Part shown: piece by piece, positions 45,375-54,449 of the stretch
Position numbering within the stretch: position 1 is the first letter of the stretch
How the letters are laid out: each line of letters opens with the position of its first letter
From: an uncultured Candidatus Rokubacteria bacterium
GTDB lineage: Bacteria; Methylomirabilota; Methylomirabilia; Rokubacteriales; CSP1-6
DNA length: 64,000 bases
Assembly (NCBI GenBank): GCA_963762145.1
Contig: CAVXJS010000010.1
Span: 266,996-330,995 of the forward strand
Reading direction: 5' to 3'
Notes under the pieces: generated by a model
The model's input: only the letters and a program-made list of their open reading frames with translations
Databases searched by the model: none
Told to the model about the DNA's origin: nothing
Position numbers and translations under genes: made by a program

Positions 45375-46346
45375 ATGAGCTCGTTCCCGACCCTGCAGGC
45401 ACCGCTCGTCACGATCCGGTCGGCGACGGCAGCCGATCATGACGCGTTGCAGGCCCTCGAGGGTGCCGCCCCGGACTCGCGGGCGAGCCTGCTCCAGGCC
45501 CGGCGGAACTTCTTCTCCCGGATGGCCGCCTACGACCGTACCCATGTCCTGGTCGCCGAGCAGGAGGGCCGGGTGGTCGGGGTCCAGTGCCTGGCCCTGA
45601 CTCCCGTGCGGGTGGCGGGTCAGCCCTGCGCGGCCGGGTACTCGTTCAATACCCGCGTCGCGCCCGCCCACCAGACCCGGGGCCTCGGCACCCGGCTCAT
45701 GAAGGCCGGAGCCGAGTGGCTCGAGCGCCAGGGCTGTCGCTATGTCACGGGCCTCATCGGCATCTCCAACACCGCGTCAATGAAGATGGTTGGGGCGCTG
45801 GGCTGGGAGACCGCGGGGCGCTTCGACTATCTGATCCTGGATCTGGCCCGGTTCGAGCCCGACCCGGCCGTGCGCATCCGGAAGGTGGATGCGCTCGGGG
45901 ATCCGGCCCATGCCGCGTGGCGGTTCGGGGAGGTCTCGCTCCACCACTTCGTACCGCGGTACCTGGTCTCGGAGCTCTTCACGCCGTACCCCAAGGGCGC
46001 CTACATGGGGAGCTTGACCGCGTTCGGACCCGGGGGTAGCGCCTGGGTCTCCCTCTGGGACGACCGGGTCCGGCGTGGCCTGGATCCGGAGGTGGTCCGG
46101 GCGGTCAAGGCCTATGACGTGACCCTCAAGGGGGTGGGGGGCTTCCGCGCCTTCTCGGGCATCGCCAATACCCTCCGGGAGGCGGGTCTCGATCATGTCC
46201 TGATGCCGCTCCCGCACGATCCCGCGATGCGGGAGGTCCTGGAGCCCTACGCGGCGGAGATCCTGGAGTTCAATTTCGTCATCAAGCGACTGAACGGCGC
46301 GGGGCCCCTCCCCCCGGGCCCCATCTACTTCGACATCCGGCACTGA
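45375..46346 (+). CDS. GNAT-family acetyltransferase
   Basis: RVAPAHQTRGLGTRLM (motif A), NTASMK. Confidence 0.75.
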   Translation: MSSFPTLQAPLVTIRSATAADHDALQALEGAAPDSRASLLQARRNFFSRMAAYDRTHVLVAEQEGRVVGVQCLALTPVRVAGQPCAAGYSFNTRVAPAHQTRGLGTRLMKAGAEWLERQGCRYVTGLIGISNTASMKMVGALGWETAGRFDYLILDLARFEPDPAVRIRKVDALGDPAHAAWRFGEVSLHHFVPRYLVSELFTPYPKGAYMGSLTAFGPGGSAWVSLWDDRVRRGLDPEVVRAVKAYDVTLKGVGGFRAFSGIANTLREAGLDHVLMPLPHDPAMREVLEPYAAEILEFNFVIKRLNGAGPLPPGPIYFDIRH

Positions 46347-46412
46347 GCCGGTCGCCGGTTGCCGGCGCTGCGTTCCGCTGCCCGGACGCCTCTGGTACAC
46401 TGAAGCGCCGTC

Positions 46413-46628
46413 ATGGAGGCAAGCTTCGTCGTCCCGGGCCCCCTGGACGTGGCCGGGACGCTCTCCCGGTTCCACCTCTGGGTCGGAGACCCGGCCAACC
46501 GATTCGCCGACCCTGTCGCCCTCCCGGCGCCGGGACGCCCAGTGGTTTCCGGTCCGTCGTGTGGACCGGGGCGTGCGATGAGTGAGCCGGCGGTGCGCCG
46601 CCGCGCTGCTGCAGGAGGTGGGGCGTGA
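46413..46628 (+). pseudogene. Possible AlkA-like glycosylase remnant or collapsed sequence
   Basis: N-terminus PGPLDVAGTLSRF resembles AlkA N-termini; the rest is missing. Confidence 0.3.
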
Positions 46629-46957
46629 CGCCGCTCGGGAAGTTCCTCCCCATCGTCGGCCAGCCCGATCCGGCCAAGCCGAAGGACGTGCACCTGGTCG
46701 GCCGGTACGCGCTCGGCGTCACCTGGGCGGACGATCACGGCAGCATCTATCCATTCGATCGGCTCCGGCTGGACGATCCCGCGGGCGGCGAGGTCGACCA
46801 AGCGGCCGCGCTCACCCAGGAGATGACGTGGCCGAAGGAGATCAAGAAGCTCCCGGATACGCTGCGGGTGCTGTGGCTGGACGGCCGCGAGAGCCTCTAC
46901 CCGTACTCCACGCTCCGCGCGCTCTGCCGGTGCGCGGGCTGCACGGGTGGCCACTGA
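46625..46957 (+). CDS. DUF971/GBBH N-terminal-like protein
   Basis: VGRYALGVTWADDHGSIYPFDRLR, LRALCRCAGC. Confidence 0.75.
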   Translation: MTPLGKFLPIVGQPDPAKPKDVHLVGRYALGVTWADDHGSIYPFDRLRLDDPAGGEVDQAAALTQEMTWPKEIKKLPDTLRVLWLDGRESLYPYSTLRALCRCAGCTGGH

Positions 46958-48407
46958 TGAGCGGGGAGCTGGACGTGGCGACGCGCCGAGGGCTGGTGCT
47001 GAGCGGCGTGATGGCCGCCGTGTTCCTGGCCGCGATGGAATCCACCGTGGTGGCCACCGCGATGCCCACCGTGATCGCCAGCCTGGGTGGCATCCGGATC
47101 TACTCGTGGACGTTCTCCGCGTTTCTCCTGACCTCCACCGTGACGATGCCGATCTGGGGCCGGCTCGCCGATCAGATCGGCCGGCGGCCCGCGTACCTGG
47201 CCGGGCTCGCGCTCTTCCTCCTCGGCTCGGCCCTCGCGGGGCTGTCACGCAGCATGGAGCAGCTCATCGCGTTCCGCGCGCTGCAGGGACTGGGGGCGGG
47301 GTCCCTGATCTCGATCGGCATGACCATCGTCGGCGACCTCTACGGGGTCGAGCGGCGGGCGAAGATGCAGGGCTACTTCTCGAGCGTCTGGGGCGTCGCG
47401 TCCCTGGTCGGGCCGCTCGTGGGCGGTCTGCTCACGGATCGCGTGTCCTGGCGCTGGGTCTTCTACATCAACATTCCGTTCGGCCTGCTCGCCGCGGTGG
47501 CCATCGCGATCGGGCCTGCGCGATGAGCGCCGGGATCGGCCGCGCGGGTCATTCGACCTGCTCGGCATGAGCGTGTTCGCGGCCGCGATCTCGGCCCTGC
47601 TGGTGGGCCTGGTCGAGATCGGGGCGGGCGATCCCCGTCGGACGACCGGGACTCGCGCTGCTCGTGCTCTCCGCGGTGCTGCTCGTGCTGTTCGTTCTCT
47701 TCGAGCGCCAGGTGGCCGATCCGGTGATCCCGCTCCGTCTCTTCGCCAATCCGGTCCTGCGCGCGGCCGCGGTCACCGGCTTGCTCTCCGGGATGGCCAT
47801 GTTCGGCGCGCTCACCTACGTGCCGCTCTACCTGCAGGCCGTCACCGGCAGCACTGCGACCCAGGCCGGCTGGGTGCTGATGCCGTTCGTGCTGGGCTGG
47901 GTGGTCTTCTCGGTGGTGGGCGCCCGGCTCGTGATGCGCGTGGGCTACCGGCGCGTCGTCCTGGCCGGGATGACCGCGCTCGTGCTCGCCTTCGTCTTGC
48001 TCGCGGGCTGGGACGAATCGCTCACGCGGCTCACCGCGGCCCGTGACATCACGCTCGCGGGCGTCGGCATGGGGCTGGTCTTCGTGCCGATGCTGATCGC
48101 GGTGCAGAACTCGGTGCCGCGATCCCTGCTGGGGTCGGCCACCTCGCTGACCGGATTCTTCCGGACGGTGGGCGGCGCGCTGGGGGTCACGGTGATGGGG
48201 GCGGCGATGACCCACCGGCTCGAGCGGGCCCTCGATGGGGTCGTGGCGACCGCGCCGGTCGAGCTGCAGGAGCCCCTGCGCTGGCTGGCCGCCCATCCGG
48301 ATCTCGCGGTCAACCCGATCACCCGGGCGACACTCGGCGAGGCCCTGCTGGGCCAGATGCGCCCGGTGCTGGCTCACGCGATCGGCGGGGTGTTCGTGGT
48401 CGGCCTG
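46957..48407 (+). CDS. MFS DHA2 (EmrB/QacA-like) efflux transporter, frameshifted and cut at a junction
   Basis: STVVATAMPT, WGRLADQIGRR, SWRWVFYINIP. Confidence 0.9.
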
Positions 48408-48409
48408 TC

Positions 48410-48739
48410 CAGAAGAACAAGTACGGGCTGCCGGCGGTCACGCTCCGGGTCTTCAACGTCCTGAACGTGGACGCCTACCGGCTGCTCGACCACGCGGAAA
48501 TGCTGGCGTTCCTGGGCGAGGCGGGGCTCGAATCGGTGCCCCAGCTCGGGACGCTGGTGCTGAACCACACGGTGGACGAGCTGGTGGCCTTCTCCGAAGG
48601 GACGAGCGTGCTCAACCCGAAGGTCCAGCGGGAAGGCGTGGTGCTTCGCCCGCTCGCGGAGGAGTATGACGAGGACATCGGCGGCCGGCTGAGCTTCAAG
48701 GCGATCAATCCGAAGTTCCTGCTGAAGTACGACGAGTAG
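48410..48739 (+). CDS. ATP-dependent RNA ligase, DRB0094/Rnl5-like, C-terminal fragment
   Basis: QKNKY, VFNV, REGVVLRP (motif IV), SFKAINPKFLL (motif V). Confidence 0.8.
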   Translation, partial: QKNKYGLPAVTLRVFNVLNVDAYRLLDHAEMLAFLGEAGLESVPQLGTLVLNHTVDELVAFSEGTSVLNPKVQREGVVLRPLAEEYDEDIGGRLSFKAINPKFLLKYDE

Positions 48740-48817
48740 GCGGGCGGCTGCGTGGCGAGGGTCAGGTCCTCGCCACCGCCCGAACCACGAAGATCGGCAA
48801 CGCGATATCGGGTCCCC

Positions 48818-49720
48818 ATGAGCACCCTGCAACGCCTGACAGACCGTGGCCTGATCCGGCCGCCGCGATGGCTGCCCGGGAACGTCCAGTACGAGACGAT
48901 CATGGGCTCGGTGGCCTACGGGGTGTCCTCGGATACGAGCGACGTCGACGTCTACGGCTGGGCGATCCCGCCGAAGGAGGACATCTTCCCCCACCTCCGG
49001 GGCGAGGTCCCCGGCTTCGGGCGCCAGGCGAAGCGGTTCGAGCAGTTCCAGGAGCACCATATCCAGGACCGGGACGCCCTCGCCGGGCACGGCCGGAGCT
49101 ACGACCTGGCGATCTTCGGCATCGTCAAGTTCTTCGCCCTGGCGATGGAGAACAACCCGAACATCATCGACTCCCTCTTCACGCCCACGACCTGCGTCCT
49201 GCACAGCACTCGGGTGGGCAACCTCGTGCGGGAGAACCGGCGGCTGTTCCTGCACAAGGGGGCCTGGCCGAAGTTCAAGGGGTACGCCTACAGCCAGCTG
49301 CACAAGCTGGCGATCAAGGAGCCGCAGGGCAAGCGGGCCGAGCTGGTCGCCGAGCACGGCTTCGACACCAAGTTCGGCTACCACGTCGTCCGGCTCATCG
49401 GCGAGGTGGAGCAGATCCTGATGGAAGGCGACATCGACCTCCAGCGCAATAACGAGCAGCTCAAGGCGATCCGCCGGGGTGAATGGACCGAGGAGCGTCT
49501 GCGTCAGTGGTTCGCGGACAAGGAGGCGGACCTCGAGCGCGTGTTCGCCGAGAGCACGCTCCGGGCCGTGCCGGACGAGGCGGGGCTGCGAGCCCTGCTC
49601 CTGAACTGCCTGGAGGAGCATTACGGCAGCCTCGAGGGATGCGTCGTGGACCCCGATCGGGCGGTCGTCGCCCTGCGGAACATCCAGGCCGAGCTGGAAC
49701 GGGTGAAGGACCTGCTATGA
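48818..49720 (+). CDS. Pol-beta superfamily nucleotidyltransferase, RlaP-like (1)
   Basis: GSVAYGVSSDTSDVD, NNPNIID, FKGYAYSQL, DTKFGYHVVRL, LKAIRRG. Confidence 0.82.
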   Translation: MSTLQRLTDRGLIRPPRWLPGNVQYETIMGSVAYGVSSDTSDVDVYGWAIPPKEDIFPHLRGEVPGFGRQAKRFEQFQEHHIQDRDALAGHGRSYDLAIFGIVKFFALAMENNPNIIDSLFTPTTCVLHSTRVGNLVRENRRLFLHKGAWPKFKGYAYSQLHKLAIKEPQGKRAELVAEHGFDTKFGYHVVRLIGEVEQILMEGDIDLQRNNEQLKAIRRGEWTEERLRQWFADKEADLERVFAESTLRAVPDEAGLRALLLNCLEEHYGSLEGCVVDPDRAVVALRNIQAELERVKDLL

Positions 49721-50494
49721 GCGAGGACCGGACCGTGGACGTCGATGAACGGCTCAGGCAGGAGGTCGCCCGCCACCCGTACCCGCTGGTCTTCGCCACG
49801 ATCAGCGGGGCGCACCTCTACGGCTTCCCGTCGCCCGACTCGGACTACGACCTGCGGGGCTGCCACGTCCTGCCGGCGCGGGAGGTGGTCGGCCTCGACG
49901 TCGGGCCGGAGACGATCGAGTCCTCGAAGGACGAGGACGGGCTCGAGCTCGACCTGGTCACGCACGACGCCCGGAAGTTCTTCGGCCTGATGCTGAGGAA
50001 GAACGGCTACGTGCTGGAGCAGCTGTACTCGCCGCTCGTGGTCCACACCACGCCCGAGCACGAGGAGCTGAAGGCGATCGCCCGCGGGCTGCGTCACGAG
50101 GTACCAAGCCCACCACTACTTCGGGTTCGCCGAGACGCAGTGGAGGCTGTTCGACAAGGAGCGGCCCCGGCGGGTCAAGCCGCTGCTCTACGTCTACCGG
50201 GTTCTCCTCACGGGCATCCACCTGATGCGAACGGGCGAGGTCGAGGCGAACCTCGTGCGGCTCAACGTGGAGGCCCGGCTCTCGCACGTCGATGACCTCA
50301 TCGCCCGGAAGATCGCCGGGCCCGAGAAGTCGGCCCTCGACGATGCCGACGTGGCGTTCCACCGACGGGAGTACGAGCGGCTCAGGGCCGAGCTGGAGGC
50401 GGCCCATCAGTCCAGTTTGCTGCCCGAGACGCCGACCGCCCGGCCGGCCCTGAATGACCTGCTCGTGCGGATGCGGATGCGAACGGCGGGGTGA
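49717..50494 (+). CDS. Pol-beta superfamily nucleotidyltransferase, RlaP/YcgL-like (2); frameshift near 50090
   Basis: SGAHLYGFPSPDSDYDLRG, NGYVLEQLYSP, KPLLYVYRVLLTGIHLM. Confidence 0.85.
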
Positions 50495-50601
50495 GCGGCT
50501 TCGCCCGCCGCCAGGTCTGCGGCCATCGGTTGTTATCCGGCCCCCAATCGGTCACGATGATCGCTCCACTTACAGTTGTCGAAGGCGCGAGATCGTGACC
50601 G

Positions 50602-51576
50602 ATGAAGAACGTGGGTTGGCTCTTCCTGGCGGTCCTCATCGCGTATGGCTGCGCCGTGGTCGCGCCGCTCCTGCGATACCGGCTTCGGGGTGGGGTCGGC
50701 GCCTTCGTCGGCTGGTGCTTCGTGCCGATGATCCTCGCCTGCCCATTGCTCATCCCGTCCGCGAACGTCGGGCTGCGGGCCGCGTCCGCCTTCGCATCGG
50801 GCGACATCACCTTCAAGATGGTCGACTACTTTCGCCATTGGGGCCACGTGGACCGGAGCATCGTCCTTCGCGAGTACTACCGCTTCCTGATCCCGTTCCC
50901 GGTCCTCTCCGCCGTCTATCCCGATCACAAGCGCCGGTTGCTGCGTCCGGAGAGCCCCTGGCCGCAGGTCCTGCGCCTCTTCGGTGGGATCGTCGGTGTC
51001 ACCATGGCCCTCCTGGCGGTGAGGACTCTCTCCGGCATCGCCCAGGTCCGATCGAGCTTCGCGTTGAACCATGCCGTGATGTTGCCGACCTTCGTGCTCG
51101 CGATCGAATCGCTCTCGCGGGCGCTCTGCGGGCTCGAACGCCTGGCGGGATTCGACACGACTCCGATCATCCGAAACGCCTACCTGTCGCGGACCGTCTC
51201 CGAGTTCTGGCGACGGTACAACGACCGGATCCATGACTGGCTCTACCGCAACGTCTTCCAGGCGACCGGAGGCCGACGCGCCCCGGTCCGTTCCGTGCTG
51301 CTGGTGTTCCTGGTCAGCGGCCTGTTTCACGAGGTGATGTTCGCGCTGGCGACCTCGCGACTGACCGGCTATCAGCTCGCGTTCTTCGCGATCCAGGGCC
51401 CGGCGGCGCTGGCCTCGGGACGCCTCGAGCGCCTGGCCAGGCGAGGCGGGATCGCGGGCAAGATCGCGGCCCACGGGGCCACGATCCTCTTCGTCGCCGT
51501 CACGTCCGTCCTCTTCTTCGACGGGGTCGGCAAGATCTTCCCCTTCATCTATGCCAGCCAGTCGCCGCTGCCGTAG
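50602..51576 (+). CDS. MBOAT/wax-synthase-like membrane acyltransferase
   Basis: SRTVSEFWRRYN, FLVSGLFHE. Confidence 0.8.
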   Translation: MKNVGWLFLAVLIAYGCAVVAPLLRYRLRGGVGAFVGWCFVPMILACPLLIPSANVGLRAASAFASGDITFKMVDYFRHWGHVDRSIVLREYYRFLIPFPVLSAVYPDHKRRLLRPESPWPQVLRLFGGIVGVTMALLAVRTLSGIAQVRSSFALNHAVMLPTFVLAIESLSRALCGLERLAGFDTTPIIRNAYLSRTVSEFWRRYNDRIHDWLYRNVFQATGGRRAPVRSVLLVFLVSGLFHEVMFALATSRLTGYQLAFFAIQGPAALASGRLERLARRGGIAGKIAAHGATILFVAVTSVLFFDGVGKIFPFIYASQSPLP

Positions 51577-51747
51577 GACGCGTTCCCCAGGTGTCCGTTC
51601 AGTGACACCACGTCGCTCGTGAGTGTCCTTCGCCAAACGGATAGCGATTGGTGCTTGCGTGCAAAAGTTGGTGGGGTGGCTGCTACAGGAAGGCGAACCG
51701 TGAAGCAGGGCCCACCAGGGCGAATAGCCGGATGAGTCCGATAGCGG

Positions 51748-52340
51748 CTAACCACGGATGGCCTGGATCGCTCGTCCGCTTGCCAGCCGGACCACCACGT
51801 CCTTGTCCTCGAGCGCCGCGGTGAGGGCCGGGACGGCTCCCTGGCGTCCGGGCCAATCCGGCCCAGCGCCCCGCGCTGGCGCAGCGGACATTCCCTGCTC
51901 GTCCTTGAGCGCCGCGGTGAGGGCCGGCACGGCCTCCCTGGCATCCGGGCCGATCCGGCCCAGCGCCTCCGGCTCTCGCCAGCGTCCCAAGCGCCTCGGT
52001 GAGGGCCGGCACGGCCTCCTTGGCCTCCGGGCCAGATCTCTGTCCGCGCCCGAGGCATCGAGCCCGACGACCGGCATCGCGGCATCCGGCCTACCGCGTC
52101 CCTGAGCGGTGCGATGAGGGCCGGCACGGCCTCCCTGGCATCCGGGCCGATCCTGCCCAGCGCCTCAGCGGACTACCCGGACCTCGTCCTTGAGCGCCGC
52201 GATGAGGGCCGGCACGGCCTCCCTGGCAGCCGGGCCGATCCGAGCCCAGCGCGTGCGCGGCATTGCCTGCAGCGGACACTCGAATCCCCGTCCTTGAGGC
52301 CCGCGATGAGGCCTTCGACTCGTTCCTGCAAATCGGACAT
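51748..52340 (-). CDS. HEAT/PBS-lyase repeat protein, heavily frameshifted
   Basis: About 5 repeats of ALGRIGPDAREAVPAL(T/I)AALKD; tandem DNA repeat GAGGGCCGGCACGGCCTCC. Confidence 0.75.
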
Positions 52341-52787
52341 GACAACTCCCAGATTAAATACCCGGGGCGGTGGGGGAGAACACCTCCCTCGGCACCGCCT
52401 CCGCCGCGGGCGGTCGATGGACCGCCGGCGACGGAAGCGACGCCGTGAAAACCCTTGCCTCGCGTAGCAGCGCAGCCCGGGCCGGGGCCCCGGGGGGCCT
52501 CCGCGAGGGCAGCGCATCATCTATATATAGAAATCAGACCCGAGATTGAGAGGGCAAAGAGCGGGGTCTCGAAGAGACTGGAACGGTGGAGAGTGAAATC
52601 TAGTGAAATTATTGCGACATGTCAATATCGCCGGAATTTGGCTGCTTCAGGACGGACGTGCGGGAGCAGGGACCCGGCCAGGGGAACAATTGCATCCTCC
52701 GGTCCGGGCGAAGACGGGTGACGACCCGGAAGAATCCCCGACCGGGATCGGCCCGAGGCCCTTCCGGAACAAGTCTCGAATCGGCGC

Positions 52788-52812
52788 GAACATCTTCGGC
52801 GACTCCTGCGTC
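52788..52812 (+). promoter_or_regulatory. Putative ECF-sigma promoter for the tRNA array
   Basis: GAAC-N17-CGTC. Confidence 0.4.
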
Positions 52813-52896
52813 TACAGTGGCATGCAAGGCAAGGCGATGGCCCATGTGAGCGGCCTCGCCGAAGCGGCTCGAGGCACCGAAACGACCGAGGTCACG

Positions 52897-52998
52897 ATGT
52901 TTGCCGTGTGGACCAGTCACCCCTGTAAGCGATCCGGAGCGGGTCGTCTCGCCGGTCAACCGGCGTATTCGCTGCCCGTCCCTCCGCTGCGCCTGTGA
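52897..52998 (+). CDS. Putative 33-aa leader peptide upstream of the tRNA array
   Basis: GAGG RBS; MFAVWTSHPCKRSGAGRLAGQPAYSLPVPPLRL*. Confidence 0.4.
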   Translation: MFAVWTSHPCKRSGAGRLAGQPAYSLPVPPLRL

Positions 52999-53033
52999 CG
53001 CCCCGGCCGACGCAACCTCGACGGTTCGCCCCG

Positions 53034-53068
53034 GGCCCGGCGTCATGAGACAGCCGGGCCTCTTCGTT
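53034..53068 (+). terminator. Terminator-like hairpin immediately before the first tRNA
   Basis: GGCCCGGC-GTC-ATGA-GAC-A-GCCGGGCC followed by TCTTCGTT. Confidence 0.55.
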
Positions 53069-53072
53069 GGAT

Positions 53073-53144
53073 GGGCCGGTAGCTGAGACGGTGTAGCGGC
53101 GGCCTGAAGAGCCGCAGACGTGGATTCGAGCGCCACCCGGCCCA
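53073..53144 (+). tRNA. tRNA-Phe(GAA), degenerate T-arm
   Basis: GGGCCGG/CCGGCCC acceptor stem; GCGGC-CTGAAGA-GCCGC. Confidence 0.75.
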
Positions 53145-53156
53145 CTCTCAAAGAAT

Positions 53157-53229
53157 GGCTCGTTCGTCTATCGGCCGAGGATACCGCCCTTTCAAGGCGA
53201 AGAGGTGGGTTCGATTCCCACACGGGCTA
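53157..53229 (+). tRNA. tRNA-Glu(UUC)
   Basis: CCGCC-CTTTCAA-GGCG; GTGGGTTCGATTCCCAC. Confidence 0.88.
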
Positions 53230-53243
53230 CTCGCAGGAACGAT

Positions 53244-53317
53244 CAGGGCGTGGGAAAGCCTGGCAATCCGCAAGCTCGGGGGGCTTGAGACCGCCGGTTC
53301 GAATCCGGCCGCCCTGA
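53244..53317 (+). tRNA. tRNA-Pro(GGG)
   Basis: CAGGGCG/CGCCCTG acceptor; CAAGC-TCGGGGG-GCTTG; GGTTCGAATCC. Confidence 0.85.
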
Positions 53318-53395
53318 CTCACAGACAGAACTCGTAGCGAGGACCGAGGCGATGGTCTGGATCAAACGCATACCCCGGCACGAGGTCTCCCGACC

Positions 53396-53466
53396 GGGGT
53401 CGTGGTGTAGCGGCAGCATGTCGGCCTTTTAAGCCGGTCGGCGGGGTTGAAATCCCTCCGGCCCCA
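53396..53466 (+). tRNA. tRNA-Lys(UUU), degenerate T-loop
   Basis: GGGGTCG/CGGCCCC acceptor; TCGGC-CTTTTAA-GCCGG. Confidence 0.75.
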
Positions 53467-53541
53467 TGGCGCCTCGCTCAACGGGAGAGCGCTCGCCTTA
53501 TAAGCGAACGACGAGGGGTTCAACTCCCCCGGCGCCGACCA
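53467..53541 (+). tRNA. tRNA-Ile(UAU)
   Basis: GGCGCC acceptor pair; TCGC-CTTATAA-GCGA; GGTTCAACTCC; ACCA end. Confidence 0.78.
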
Positions 53542-53561
53542 ACGGGAGAAGCAAACAGAGG

Positions 53562-53632
53562 CGGCCTGTCGTTCAACGGGAGAACACCCGGCTGATAACC
53601 GGGCGGCGGAGGTTCGACTCCTCCCTGGCCGA
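53562..53632 (+). tRNA. tRNA-Ile(GAU)
   Basis: CCCGG-CTGATAA-CCGGG; GGAGGTTCGACTCCTCC. Confidence 0.85.
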
Positions 53633-53647
53633 CTCGCGATGGCTATC

Positions 53648-53720
53648 GGGACTGAAGTTCTAGCGGCAGAACGTCCGGCTCTTAACCGGTTCGGTGAGGG
53701 TTCGAGCCCCTCCGGTCCCA
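53648..53720 (+). tRNA. tRNA-Lys(CUU)
   Basis: GGGACTG/CGGTCCC acceptor; CCGG-CTCTTAA-CCGG; GAGGGTTCGAGCCCCTC. Confidence 0.87.
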
Positions 53721-53730
53721 CTCCGATGCT

Positions 53731-53802
53731 GCACTGGTCGTCTAGCGGCGAAGATTCCGCCCTCGTAAGGCGGGGACGTGGGTTCGAGTCCCACCCGGTG
53801 CT
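53731..53802 (+). tRNA. tRNA-Thr(CGU)
   Basis: GCACTGG/CCGGTGC acceptor; CCGCC-CTCGTAA-GGCGG; GTGGGTTCGAGTCCCAC. Confidence 0.85.
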
Positions 53803-53812
53803 CTCGGCCCTC

Positions 53813-54423
53813 TTTGCACTTCCATCTGCAGGCAGCCGTTGTGCGCGGTGACGACCTGGTAGCTGAAGCCGGCGGCGAGCAGCAGGTCGGGCGGGTCAGG
53901 CCGTGGCGGAGCAGCCAGCCGGGTCCGAGCTCGCCGCCGAACTCCTCGTCGTAGGTGAAGTGCAGCTCGACCGCGCCCTTCAGCGGCAGGTTCAGCGCCT
54001 TCGAGCGCGCGCAGCGCGAAGGTGTAGGTCGCGAAGTCGCTCTTGCTGACCGCCGAGGCGCGGCCGTAGAGCTTGCCGTCGGCGACCTCGCCGCCGTAGG
54101 GATCGTGGGTCCAGCCGTCGCCGGGCGGCACGACGTCGCCGTGCGCGTTGAGGGCGATCGTCGGGCCGTCGCCGTGGCGGCGCCGCACGATCAGGTTGGT
54201 CAGCGATTCGAGCCCGTAGGCCGCGACATCGTCGGCCGGGACCGGCGTGGCGCTCGGCCTCGAGGCCGAACTCGGCGAGCAGTTCGGCGGTGCGTTCGGC
54301 GTGCGGCGCATTGCGGCCGGGCGGGGTGTCGGTCGGGACCTGCACCAGCGCCTGCAGGAAGCGGACTTCCTCGGCGAAGTGCGCGTCGACCCAGCGGTCG
54401 AGTTGTTCGTACGGAGTGGTCAT
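53813..54423 (-). CDS. M20/ArgE-DapE metallohydrolase, N-terminal half (cut at a junction)
   Basis: NAHGDVVPPGDGW, YGRASAVSKSD, DEE, TAHNGCLQMEV. Confidence 0.85.
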
Positions 54424-54449
54424 GCGGTGTCGACGGCTGGCGGCGTCCG

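Noticed and set aside
41677-45378. 1233-aa ORF suggesting a giant fused transporter
   Set aside because: Two indels link two separate KimA-like genes; each has its own start and stop
51780-52320. Regularly spaced repeats resembling a CRISPR array
   Set aside because: The units encode HEAT repeats, the intervening sequences are also similar, and no cas genes are present
48408-53812. Genomic island integrated at a tRNA
   Set aside because: No integrase or att duplication; both ends cut unrelated genes of apparently different origin
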